A DNA stretch of 64,000 nucleotides from Cirrosporium novae-zelandiae (GCA_026023565.1 JAPETS010000002.1:496001-560000), one strand, 5' to 3'. Shown: positions 38,196 to 50,092, counted from the first letter of the stretch. Program-made: numbers and translations. The notes: generated by a model from the sequence alone, not told the origin.

Positions 38196-39684
38196 TTGAG
38201 TCTGTGTGAAAGCATACGGCGCCGTTGTTATGACCAGGTATATATCTTCAGTAAGCATATAAGACCAACGTCAAAATATGCCAGGAAACAAAAATGGAAA
38301 CGGAAAAAAAAAACCCCCCACGATCAGCTAATTAGTAGTAATCTTCAAAAAAAAAAAGTTGAAACAATATTTCAAGTATTTCACGTCCTACCTTTTTCCG
38401 ATAATTCTCGATTTTGGGATTCTCTTGTCTGAAAGTTTGTTTGTTTGTTTGTTCCTCTCATCTGTTAAGTATTGTCATTCCATTCTATTTCTTATTTATT
38501 TAAAAACAAACCTTATTCTGGCATCCAACCAGCACCCCAACCAGTAGTCACGCAATACAGTACCTGGAGTCCTTGACCCCACGCCACTACCACCACCACC
38601 CTACAGTTATCTATCACATCATCACATCACCACCTCTCCCTCTAAAAACCATTCAAAACCATTCAAAACCCTTCAAAACCATTTAAAACTATCCAAAAAC
38701 AACCCCTCATATCCTTTCTTCTTTCCCCCCACGCGGGTCCCAGAACAAAACAAACCGAACAAGTCGAGTAAGGAAGCAAGCAATTCTGCTATTGTAGGGT
38801 ATCAAGTACTAAGTATTAAGTACCTAAGTATCGGGTATTCCAACCTCGACTTTTTGTTAACGGAACACCCCCAACCCTATCCTACTTCACTCCATCCCAA
38901 CGATATTTTCTTTCTTTCTTTCTTTCTTTTTTTTTGATACGTATATAGTCTATGTACACCCAAAATCCTAAAAAGAATTAATATTTTTTTATCTTGTATC
39001 TGGATGTAAAGTAAATCGCGTTTTTTACTAGTTAATGATGTACTGATGTTCTGTACTCGAGTACGGAAAGGTACAATACAAGGTTCCCCCACAGCAAGGA
39101 TGATTATAGTTAGTGTACCGGCTACCGGCTCGTTGGTTCATTAGGTTGAGCGGGATCGACGGGATCGACGGGATCGGCTGTAGGGTTTAAAGTAGCTTAT
39201 TTCAACTTATCTTAAATTATTTACTTACTTGGAATGTCCCTTGGTGTTACTGGAATTATCTAATATTTTGTTCTGTAGTTTTGATTCTAATTTAATATGA
39301 TAGTGAGTGTTGCGAGTTAGTTGGTCAGTTAGTCAACTACTCTAAGATTATAATATTAAGTGAGGAGTTCCCTGCCCTGCCCTTCCCTATCCTAATGTGT
39401 CTTCTCTTCTTCATGTAGCACACACACATCTATAAATCTAGGTAGAGGGGTCTTGTCTTACAGGTGGCTTATAAGTTTCATATATATTTAATTAATATTT
39501 ATTTCTCTTCTTCTTCTTCTTCTTCTTCTTCTTATACATGCTTTAATTTCTGCGCATATAATCTATATCTATAGGGATAGGGATAAGGTTTCATGGGTGA
39601 TGTATGATATATGGTCTGGCTGGCTGAATGGAATGTTGGAATGTTGCTTGTGTTGAAATGCTCTGGGTTTATGACAAAGTGATG

Positions 39685-39808
39685 ATGTATGTATGTATGT
39701 ATGTATGTATGTATGTATGTATGTATGTATGTATGTATGTATGTATGTATGTATGTATGTATGTATGTATGTATGTATGTATGTATGTATGTATGTATGT
39801 ATGTATGT
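39685..39808. repeat. (ATGT)n microsatellite, about 31 units
   Basis: Direct reading of a perfect tetranucleotide array. Confidence 0.95.
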
Positions 39809-39889
39809 GGATGTACTACAGTACCAGCGCCCGTCACATTAGCACAAGACAAAGAATCTGGATGAGTTGATTCGCGAGAATGGGGAAAA

Positions 39890-41256
39890 CCATTTCCCTT
39901 ATATCATTGTCGATAGTGGAGTAGGAGGGGGGATGCCAGCTCGATAATTGGTACAAGATGGTCAGCGAGTTCTCTTTATTGAAAAGGGCGGAATACAGTT
40001 TCCCACGCATTGCCTGAACACCTCTAGACCAGATTTCATTCATGGAACCGGCAAAGACCTTGCGCGAGATGATGAGGTTGTATTTCAGATTGTCAAAAAG
40101 AATTATAATGCGACGGAAAATTCTGATTCATGTGATGGTAGTGCTATGTTTTCTCTCGGTGGTCGTAGTGTGGCCTGAGGCTTAGAAGTCCTTCCAACTG
40201 TCGAGAAAACTGTGGGGGACATCGTTTCCAAGCCGGTTGCCAATTTTCTGAATAAAGGAGGCTATGATCGCGCACTTGGAACCATGACAAATTCGCCTCC
40301 TAGTGATTCGCCCCATTCAAAAAATCGATTAGAAATATCTTAGGAGGTTGTGGAGGAGGCAAAAGGGCGTTTGGAAGCCGCTATTAAAAAATATAATCCG
40401 GGGGGAAAGGTAGATGTTAAAATAGTGTGAAACGGAGCAGAATTTTCTCGGAGCGGAGAGTCTACGAAGGGCAGTGATCTTTATTATTTTGGACAAGGTG
40501 CTTACAGTACGATCGACTTCCATCTTGATCGTGAATTTTCTCAAGACCACCTTCTGACAATTCTTTTGAATGCCGAGGTTCTCCGCCTTGAGGAAGTGAG
40601 GACATAGTCGAGCCAAGGAGTTTCGGAGTTGGTTGTTCAATAAGGTGAAACGCGTACGGAAAAGATAAAATTGGATGCCATAGCTAGAGTCATCCTTTGT
40701 GCCGGAACTGTTAGTACTGCGGCAATTGCTCTCGGAAGGGGCATTCAGGACCACAACGCTTCGGTCGGAAAGGGGTTGACCGATCAGCATTCAAACACAC
40801 AGAAGACCCTTGGGCTCCACGTGCCTAACATAATACTTGAGCTTAAATCGAAACCAAATAATGAAAGCAACGTGACCATCAGTAAAGAGGATCAATCAGA
40901 GCCGATGTTAGATCAAGAGCGAGGGATTGGACGATAACGTGAAGTTCTAACAACACCGAGAAGAATTGGTAAACTAAATAGGTGACGAATTTAGCTATGA
41001 CAGAAAAAACCGTGCAGAAATAGAAAAGGCAAGATTCGGCTTCGTGGGCCACGAGGTGGGTACCATGCAGAACGATAGCCCGCCTTGGCACAAGGGTGGA
41101 GGAGGGGTGGATGAGTATCTCAAATTTCATGGAGTCGATAATCTCTATGCTTGCGACATGTCGGTATATCCATCCAATTCTATGGTAAAGCCTTCGCTGA
41201 CTCTCATGGAGCTTGCCACACAATTAGGAGGCGACTTGAGTGCTACACAGCATTGA
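39890..41256 (+). pseudogene. Degraded GMC oxidoreductase (pyranose-oxidase-like)
   Basis: Fragments YIIVDSGVGGG...*LVQDGQRVLFIEKGG, LGGRSVA*G, VILCAGTVSTAAIA, VGKGLTD, HEVGT and NLYACDMSVYP..KPSLTLMELA, interrupted by stops (39945, 40176) and frameshifts. Confidence 0.85.
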
Positions 41257-42824
41257 TGGCGTAAAAGCACCAGACAGAAAGTCATCTGAAAATGTTGAAA
41301 TAGAAGATATTAGAGAATAAATGCAAGGGGGAGGAGTATGAATCTTGCTTAGCTGCTTAGTATTCTAAAGAGTGCTTTATAATAATATGCACAATAACGG
41401 CAAAATTCAAGTTGGAAAAGGAGCACGTTCCTTGAGTTGTAGTTTCTAGTAGGGCACGTAGGGATGGATATATTGATGTTCCGGAATATTTTTTGCCAAG
41501 ACCGGATAGCATAGCATTTTTCATAAATTTAGTTCTACATCCTTACATGGAATAACACTCTAAGGGCCTAGCGTATCAGGTGACCTCGCTTACTATAAAG
41601 CTGGCTTCTTCTACGTTAAGAATAGAATCAATCTTTTACATCCATGAGGCAGACCGTTTCTCTGTTCGACCATCCTCCTCAGAGGTATATGCAGAGGTAT
41701 CATCTGCCAGTGCAAGACCTTTTGAAGATTCCATGGCACAAACGCGATTACCAAGTCCTCAGTCTCTCCTCGATAGTGCCAATGTTAAATCCATTCAACA
41801 TCCTTCCTACGTCACTTAGTCTTGATGAGCATAGTTTAATCAACCATTTTGTTTCGACTGCACCGATGATCCATCCCTTCGGATCCATTTCATCTCCACT
41901 TCAGGGTGGATGCCCTAGAATTGATCTTCAGTTTTCCGCAGCGCTATGTTCCAAGAACAACGCTTGAACCAATGATCATGAAAGAAAGAGGTTAGATGAC
42001 TGAAGGATATATTGACGATAAAAGAGAAGTCTCCACCGTTGTTGATGTATATGGAATTGTTGCTGTGATCGCTGTTGAACAAGGCTGGGGTCTGATAGCA
42101 AGGAATTTTGCGACGAAGAAAGTTGGAGTGTAAAGATAGCGAGAGAACATCACTGAAAGGAAGTATGGTAGATGTGGGATATGTTGTGGATGACGAGGGG
42201 TAGCAACAACTGGTGGAATATGAATCGCAAACAGGCAGTTTTCCAATGAACGGAGCGTGACAACAGGGCTCTAGCGAAAACCGAGTGCGGACGAGAGGAA
42301 GAGTTTAAGGTTGGTCGGAGATATAAAGTTAAGGTCAATGATGATAATTTATTTTATTGTTCATATGGCGCTAAAGTTAAGGTCCATATGCAGGTGTGCT
42401 CAAGGTCAAAAGGTCAAAAAGTCAAAAGCAAGGTCCTAGCCAAACACGCTTTCGTGCAGCATACAACAGCACAATAAATGTTGTGAAGATAAGAGGCAAG
42501 CAGTATTGATATACAAGATGGAGTGTTGATGGGGTTGGTGTCTTTTTGTAGAGGTATCGGCTTGCTGACCAAGTCCCATCGATGTTGTATCTGCTATACC
42601 GACTTGCACCTCCATTGCCGTTTCACCCGCATACTCAGTATCCGCTTCGTTTATATTCTTCACAGCTAAAAGATTGGGATTAGCCTGATGAATAATGGAG
42701 TCATAACATGCATGACGAGATTCACTTGCGAGCGAAGATAACATGACGGGATTCGCTAAGGTCGAGGGAAAAGAAATGGGACCACCAACAATATCAGTTT
42801 AAATACCCTCAAGGGCATCAGCCT

Positions 42825-43010
42825 CTAAGCAGTAGTGTTGTTGGGGCCAGCAATTTGGCGGGTACGGTAACGGTGTTGCTGCCAAAGACTGACGAGACTG
42901 ATGAGGATAGTGATAATTCCGATAATAATATCGACGATCCCGTCGTTGCTTATTGCTGAAGAACTTGTAGAGGAGATACTACCGCTCGGTAAGGGTGTAG
43001 GAGGTGACAT
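42825..43010 (-). CDS. Possible small single-pass membrane protein (61 aa)
   Basis: Ser-rich N-terminus, one hydrophobic helix (IVDIIIGIITILISLVSLW) and a basic tail. No homology evidence. Confidence 0.35.
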   Translation of the reverse strand: MSPPTPLPSGSISSTSSSAISNDGIVDIIIGIITILISLVSLWQQHRYRTRQIAGPNNTTA

Positions 43011-43211
43011 CGCAGAAAAATTTAAAAAGTATAAAGACGGTTATACTTGAAAAACAACGTTAGAATAGAAAGACTAGATGCCCTTGAGTTGGTATATATA
43101 ATAATAGATGTAGTACTCCTAGGTAACGAAGAATGACCTGGAGGTCTCTGGGGCATTTTTATACCCGGGACCCAAAAACGGTCAAACAGATTGCATAGTC
43201 TATATAATAGC

Positions 43212-43649
43212 CAGTCGATGGCCACGCCGGAGGGGCACCCAATTTTGGTAATTATTCTCCGCTCCCTGCTGTATTTCCAAATTACTATGATAACGGAATA
43301 TTCCGTTATTTTAAAAAAATTTAGGTTTTTGATGGAACATTAAATAATTTAAATAATAAAATAACACAACACAATATATAATAATAAATAAAATTAATAC
43401 TAAAATTTATAATTATATAATATTTATATTTAATTTTTATTGTTTAATTTTTTATATTTTTGTGTTTATATTTCATAATTATATGATTATTTTATTATTT
43501 ATTTATAGTTAGAAATTTGAAAGGGTTCAGTTAACTTTAAAAGCTGTTATTAGGAATGGTTTATAGTCAGCGCTATAACTGCATAGAAATAAAACCTGCG
43601 ACAAGGTATACCTAAATAGGAAGTCCTCCTCCGGTATGGCCGTAGACTG
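43212..43649. mobile_element. Tc1/mariner-type MITE relic with AT-rich interior
   Basis: Imperfect TIRs CAGTCGATGGCCACGCCGGAGG / CCTCCGGTATGGCCGTAGACTG. TA follows the right end but the left TSD is not intact. Confidence 0.6.
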
Positions 43650-43753
43650 TAGGCGCCACACGGAATTTAACTACTTCAAGTAACCGTTAGGCAATACTTG
43701 GTATAAGTAGGCGTACTTTGTAAAGAACCTACAGGCTAATGATCTACCCTTTT

Positions 43754-43866
43754 TATTACGGAACCAAGCCACATAGTGCCTTAGGCATCTTAGACTTAGA
43801 ACCTTAAGTCATAAAATCAACACCCAGACAGAGCCTCACTGAGCTTATATCCTAGGCGTCGTAACA
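43754..43866. mobile_element. Short solo-LTR/TRIM-like element A (113 bp)
   Basis: Ends TATTACGG...CGTAACA, flanked by a CTTTT duplication (43749-43753 / 43867-43871). Homologous to the reverse complement of element B. Confidence 0.7.
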
Positions 43867-43881
43867 CTTTTACACCAAAAA

Positions 43882-44023
43882 TGTTACGATTCCTAGGATA
43901 ATACTTATTATCTAGGGGTAACTTTGTGTGGATTATATGACTTAAGGTCTAGAATCTAAGGTGCAAGGCTCAGGGATCTATATACACGTGATATCACGTG
44001 TATATGGCTTGGCATCCGTAACA
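43882..44023. mobile_element. Short solo-LTR/TRIM-like element B (142 bp), inverted relative to A
   Basis: Ends TGTTACG...CCGTAACA, flanked by AAAAA on both sides. Confidence 0.72.
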
Positions 44024-44056
44024 AAAAAACCTGTTTAGAGGTACTTATAACTTGTA

Positions 44057-44288
44057 CTCAGTCAATCCTAGAATGTTTGCTAGCACTCCCCACTTTTACA
44101 GGGGTCTGAACTATATGTATTTTAACCCGTAATTTCAATTTTCGTTGTCTTTCTTTCCCCTTCTATGGCTGCCAGGCACTCCAGGTCAGTAAAACATTGA
44201 AATATTACGACGGAAATTAATGGTATAAAGCTAGAGTGTACGAGCCCTGAAGTGGGGGGTACTAACAAACTTTCTAGGATTGACTGAG
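44057..44288. mobile_element. TA-flanked MITE (Tc1/mariner superfamily type), element C
   Basis: TA|CTCAGTCAATCCTAGAA...TTCTAGGATTGACTGAG|TA, with imperfect pairing continuing about 50 bp inward. Confidence 0.8.
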
Positions 44289-44308
44289 TATATCTTTTAG
44301 TCATTTTT

Positions 44309-44462
44309 TGTTACGGCGTGCCAAGCCTAAGTGACGTAGGCGCGGGCGCCTCGCATTGCTCTTATCTTGATAAGCGGTATTAGGCGTAATCGAACCAAGG
44401 GTTCGATTATTGTGGTCTTTTGGCTCAGTTAGTTAAAGTTAGCCTAATGCCTTGCCTTAACA
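44309..44462. mobile_element. Short solo-LTR/TRIM-like element D (154 bp)
   Basis: Ends TGTTACGG...CCTTAACA, flanked by TTTTT on both sides. Shares the first ~19 bp (TGTTACGG..GCCAAGCC) with A and B. Confidence 0.65.
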
Positions 44463-45231
44463 TTTTTAATTTTTATATTATTTAATAACTTTTGCACTTT
44501 TTGGTATTTTTTATTTTTTATATTTAATAAATATATATTTCTATATACTATCTTTATATATAACTTTTTAAAATAAATAATTAATTAAAAAGTTATTAAC
44601 TATAGACCATAGACTTCCCTGAGAAAATTTAAGGTTTTCGCTAAATTTTATAAGGATTTTTAATAATGTTTCTTTAATACCCAACGTTTCAATAACTAAA
44701 TTTTTTAAAAAACATTCAATAAATCAAGGTGATACATAGATATATAAGTATATAAAAAATAAAAATTACCAAAGGGTGCAGAAGTTATGAGTACTCCCAA
44801 ATGGGCTTTTTTGGTGTAAAAGGGTGGATCATTAGACCATAGGTTCTTTGCAGGGTACGCCTACTTGATACCAATACCTCGTGCTTGAATTTGGATGTGG
44901 ATACAGTATGTTGACTTGACTTGACTTAATTTGATCTGATATAACTTCGACTTTAACTTGATTCCGATGTCAATAGAATAATCTAATCTAATCTAAAGTA
45001 CTGAAATTCGGCTGTCTATCGATAAGGGTCCGGTTCGGCCCGGCTTATTATATGAACCGAGGTCGCACAGAGACACGTGCATGTGGCTGAGACAATCCGT
45101 TGTAATTACTCGAGTATTATTTCGCGTAACCATGTCTATGAAAAATATGCCATCTAATCTAATCGTACCGTCCGGTAGCACAACTGTATCCGGAACCACA
45201 ATTATAATTATATCCAAAACTACAGCTATAT

Positions 45232-45278
45232 CCACAACCACAACCACAACCACAACCACAACCACAACCACAACCACA
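45232..45278. repeat. (CCACAA)n hexanucleotide microsatellite
   Basis: Direct reading, about 8 units. Confidence 0.9.
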
Positions 45279-48123
45279 TCCATAACCCTTTCCCGGGCCC
45301 ACCCTTCCAAAAAACAAAAAAACAAACCAAAAACAAACAGAATTTACTTTTTATTATTGCCATCACAGCTAAAATATTCAGATTACAAGATAACAAATCT
45401 AATATATAGCCTTAGCACACAACACAACACAACACATATACAATATAGGAAGGAAGCACCTTGTGTCTCCCCCTACTCTTGGGATATGAAATATGAAATA
45501 AAGCCTTGCTTGCCCGTACCGTAGTAAAAAGGGTCGAGATCTTGACCTCGACGTTCTTGATCTTGATCTTGATATTTGATATCGTGGTGTTAGGTGCCAG
45601 GACTGGAATTGCAAGAAATTCTCAACTCTAAGAGCAATGAATGTGCTACCGGGGAAGTGGGGGGGGGGGGGGCAGTTTTCCGTGATAGCTACACAAACAC
45701 CAAAGTGCGGGGAAATGTTGTTATGTCAGAGTGGGACTTGGGTGTTGGAAATAAGTAAGTAAAGGAGAGAGCTGTACTATACTCCTAATTGCGATCGCCC
45801 GTTCCAGGAAAACAGAGGATTTTGTTCATTTCTAAACGTGAAGGGAGTCGAGTATATTATATATCCTATATATCACTCTACTCAGAGGGTGTTGCATCGT
45901 AGAGTCAAGATACCATGACATGATAGGACTGCCATGATAAGTAGGACGCCATTGGAACAATAAATCCATCAGTTCACTCTTCGACTATATCTTCACGCCA
46001 TCTATTCATGCATGTCTAACGGACTCAAGAACGCTCCTATGATTCATGCTTGAGTTAGTGTAATATCTCATGTCCCATGGATCCAGCGTTTAAAAAAGTT
46101 CGAGTCATTTAGGTGGACCAGGAGGGGAAAGGGGGAGATTGCATCATCATCTTTATAGTATATGGCTCCCTCCTCTCCTTACTAACAGATCAAGAGTGGG
46201 TACGTACATGTACGTCGAGCTTTAGGGTAGTGTGTGTGTGTTGTGTTCCCTGAAGGAAGATATCCCAATTTATCGCCCCCCTCTCGATGAGCATGGTATG
46301 GTGGTAGTGGTGCTGGTCGTGTACACGAACGAACCATTTCATATCTCATCAAAAACCCACTTTATCATCAAGTCGCCATTAACTTGCTCACCTATTCGAA
46401 TTCAACAGATCCAAGAGAACTCTCATAAAGAAATACTGATTAATGGCAGGATGTGAGGAGAGACAAAGACAGTAACACTTGACGTGCGCAATATATTTTT
46501 TAAAGATAATTTTAATGTCTCCCTTTTCGCCTCCCTCTCGACTTGGAGGTGATATGTTATTAGGTTATCACGATGATCTTGCTCTTCCAGCAGCAGCCGT
46601 AGCAGCAGCAGTAAAATACACCATCATAAGAGGATCATAACGCAGAGCTGATACAATTATAATTATTTAAGAAAAATAACGAGAAGGTCAGGAATGACAT
46701 GAACGTGGACGGGGACGTGGACGTGTGTGGCAAATAGCCAGCGAGATGATGATGGAGATGTCCTGGTGAAGAAACGACAGATATTCGTTCGATTCAGTTC
46801 GTAACCCCAATAAGATAAAATAAGATAAAATAATGAAGAATGAAGAATGAAGAAGTACTAGGTCGTCTATCTATACTTTATAAAAAAGAAAGAAAGAAAG
46901 AGACCCATACCCAATTCCCATAATTAACTATTTCCTTCGACAACCCCCAATCAAGTTCCATCTTAGGCTCCACGTGAGCTCTTAGATTTTTTAGTGTGGT
47001 TTCTGTTAAGGATCTCGGAAGATGCCGTGCCAAGACTAGATAGTATAACTAGAATATTTTGGATAAATTTAATAAAGAACCATACACAAAATCACATTAG
47101 CTCCAACCCCCGCCTACCAGTCCGGTAGAATAGAGTTGGGGGTTACAATATTCGAGTACTAAAACCACCAAAACCTCAGCCTTACCAAATATAAATGACA
47201 CACACACACACACACACACACAAGAAATCCTCGGTCCCCTAGACTAATGCCTCGAACCCTTCTAGAAAGAAAGAAAAGAAAAGGAAAATATGTACCCTAA
47301 TTACCCTACCCTACCTGTTCTTCCGACTAGCTATTGGCCGAGAGCGGCAGCGGGAAGTACGGTACGCGCCGTCCGTCTGTCGTCCGAGGGGAAAGGGAAA
47401 GGGGGCAGTGCAAAAGCTAGCTAGCTACTCGAGTAATAGCTCCACCCATTTACAATACAAGATGCGTCCAGTGGGTTTGGTTTGGTTCCGGAAGATTAGG
47501 ATTAGTCTAAGTTAATTAGGAGATCGATCCAGGAACAGGAACGAAACGAAACGCAATGAAACGCAAGCTGTGGCCTCTTGCGGGGGTATGTGTATGTGTC
47601 ACTTAAGGGTGTTGAGTTTCTTATGTTATGTTATGCATATTCTGACGTCTATTGTTGTTGTTATCAAGTTGGGTATTTTGTAAAATAATATAGATATTGA
47701 TTGTAGTACAGTAACGGTTGAATTTTCTTTGTCAATCTAGATTGAGAGAGAGAGAGAGAGTGTGTGTGTGTGTGCTATTTCCTTATTTGGGTCAACCAAA
47801 AAAAACCCCCATTTCATTCCATCGAGAAGCCAACTCGGCTAGAAAGAGAGAGAGAGAGAGAGAGAGAGTAGTTCTCTCCTTATTAATTATTCCCTTCGCT
47901 TTTTTATCATTATCAAGCTCCATCAAGGAGGGGAAAAAATAGAAGTAGGGATGGAAAAAAAGCACCCGAGTCTCCTCATAACTTGAAATCGTATCGTATC
48001 GAACGCTTGTTTCATCATTATGTCATAACTTCATAAACGTCGAACCCTCAAGTCCGCTCAGCGGTGCAAGACTGAACCTAGCAGCTGTTCATAAATCAAA
48101 CATTTTCTATATCCATCTCATCA

Positions 48124-48684
48124 TCAATTCTCACGATCTTTTCGCGAAAAAAATCCTTTTACAGTCTCTGTCACGCTAATATCACCAAATAGCCACTCAT
48201 TAGAGCGTCTCCCACATTGCATCACCGTTCCCTTGGTGCTATCGGTATTCCGTTTCTTGAGCCACTGTCGAGGATTGGGATTTGTGGGGCTTGAGGGTGG
48301 TGATGAGGGATAAGAGTGGCTTCGTTGATGAGTTTGTTGAGTGAAGCTTGGAAAAGGTGTTGTGGGTGATGACATGCCAGAGTGGCTTCCGCTACCGTCC
48401 TGATTCATGGTGCTCTGTTCTTCTGGAATACTTGAGGGAGGAGCACGCCGTTGGTCAGGGTGGATTGAAGTGAAGTAGTGTCTCGTAGATGTTGTCCCAG
48501 GTGGTGAAGTTGGAGAGAGGGGAGAGGCAAGAGTAGAAGCTGCTGAAGACGAAGAAGAAGTCGAGTCTGAACGAGTAGAGGTATGGAGAGAAGTTTGAGC
48601 AGAGAGCTTCTGGCTCGCTGATGGCGAGGGAGAGGGAGTGGTAGGTGTGGGGGCTGACAAGGTTCTTGAAGGCATACGAGACAT
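48124..48684 (-). CDS. Ser/Pro/Thr-rich hypothetical protein (186 aa)
   Basis: Clean ATG-to-stop ORF. Disordered body ending in VMQCGRRSNEWLFGDISV, resembling a C-terminal motif I recall from small ascomycete hypotheticals. Confidence 0.65.
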   Translation of the reverse strand: MSRMPSRTLSAPTPTTPSPSPSASQKLSAQTSLHTSTRSDSTSSSSSAASTLASPLSPTSPPGTTSTRHYFTSIHPDQRRAPPSSIPEEQSTMNQDGSGSHSGMSSPTTPFPSFTQQTHQRSHSYPSSPPSSPTNPNPRQWLKKRNTDSTKGTVMQCGRRSNEWLFGDISVTETVKGFFSRKDREN

Positions 48685-49665
48685 CGGATGGACAGAAAAT
48701 CAATGTTGTGGCTTCAGCAATAACAGTTTTGTCGGTCAAGTAAAGTTGATATGAACAGATATTAGGATGTAAGCTGGACTGGATAAGGAAAGAATGAGGG
48801 GGATAAAATTCAAGAAGACGATGGCTTTATTCGTTTGGGGGTCCACAAACCCAGACGTAGGGCCAAAGCGCATAGGATTGGAGTGAACATGGTTATTTCT
48901 GACTGTCTGGTCGTCTGCCAAACCCCTCTGCGGCTCTTTGCTGCATGATTGATTCATTGTAGGAATCCACAGTAAATTCGGTGTAGAAACTGGATCGAAT
49001 GCCACCTCGACCTAGCCGATTGGCTTGAATATGGCTTGGCTGCAGAAATCAACGTATCTGAGGCTTGCAATTCAACCCAACTCAACCAACTTCTCCAATT
49101 TTCACCGACTTTGCTGTTGAAATTTGGGACCATGACTATCTTCCACCCCCCTCTCTCTCCCATTCCTTTTCTCCAATAAACCGGCTTCGCTTAAAGCTCG
49201 CGAACTCATAGGGCCAGCAAATTACCTTCTGATATCAAATGCATCTCGCCGCCCTATTAGAGATCTGTATTCATCCTATTGGATATCCCACCCGCTGCAA
49301 TACATGTTCTTGTTTGCTTTTTTATCCGTCTTGCAAACAATTGTCTTGTTGGTCCCGAGTATTCCCCAGGACATGCACACACATCTTTCTCGAGTTCAGG
49401 AGGAATTCCAAATATCACACAAGGATTATGCCTGCTTCTAATAGTTGATAAAAATGTATACCTCCCCTTGCGTAATTCCAGTAGACCAAAATGGACATGA
49501 TCGGTATGCAATCAGCCTATACATTTATCAAACTGCCGATTGCAAGGATACAGCCATAGCCTCGTGATTATGACTTTGATATTAAAAATATTGACCATTT
49601 TCATATTTGACAAGGTACCTAAATGCAGCAATCCGACAAAGATCGACACTAGGTAATTCAATTAA

Positions 49666-49998
49666 ATGGGAAATACCATTAGCAACCAGGAAGCCCGAGT
49701 CGGGATCTATGTTGGAGTTATACTGTCTGGTGCCTCTGCCCTGCTTGCAATCATTTTTTTCATAGTCCAAAACTGGCTTCGAACTAGGGATCGAATAGCC
49801 GCCCAGACGCTACGAGCAGCCCGTGACGTGGAGATGGCCAATCTTCTCAAAGTTATAGATAATCTGCAAGCCGCCGTTATCACCACCCGTGAAGAACAGA
49901 AAGCTATGGCAGTCTCTTATAGAGAGCGTGAAACTATCACTTCGGCCAAGTCTCCCTTTGCTTCTCCTAGGGGCCTTGCTGCGCAAGCTTCATCATAG
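49666..49998 (+). CDS. Small single-pass membrane protein with coiled-coil-like tail (110 aa)
   Basis: Hydrophobic helix VGIYVGVILSGASALLAIIFFIV followed by a basic, helical segment. Confidence 0.5.
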   Translation: MGNTISNQEARVGIYVGVILSGASALLAIIFFIVQNWLRTRDRIAAQTLRAARDVEMANLLKVIDNLQAAVITTREEQKAMAVSYRERETITSAKSPFASPRGLAAQASS

Positions 49999-50092
49999 TA
50001 GAGCTTCTGCGCATCAAAGGATATTCCATGAACATGAAGCATATTGTTCTTCACGCAAACAGCAAGTGTATATTAATCCTACCTTATCAGAT

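Larger units (their letters stand above)
43698..44874. mobile_element. Foldback (long-TIR) non-autonomous element whose left arm is interrupted by four insertions
   Basis: The reverse complement of 44730-44874 aligns in order to 43698-43753, 43872-43881, 44029-44053 and 44485-44550. Confidence 0.75.

Noticed and set aside
39532..39870. ORFs encoding (HTYI)n / (MYVC)n
   Set aside because: They are translations of the (ATGT)n microsatellite.
43212..44874. Autonomous transposon or Starship boundary
   Set aside because: No transposase, reverse transcriptase or tyrosine recombinase ORF was detected, and all components are short and non-coding.
44993..45524. Poly-Val / poly-Thr ORFs, or a telomeric repeat
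   Set aside because: They are products of a (CCACAA)n microsatellite. The unit is not TTAGGG and the array is short and internal.
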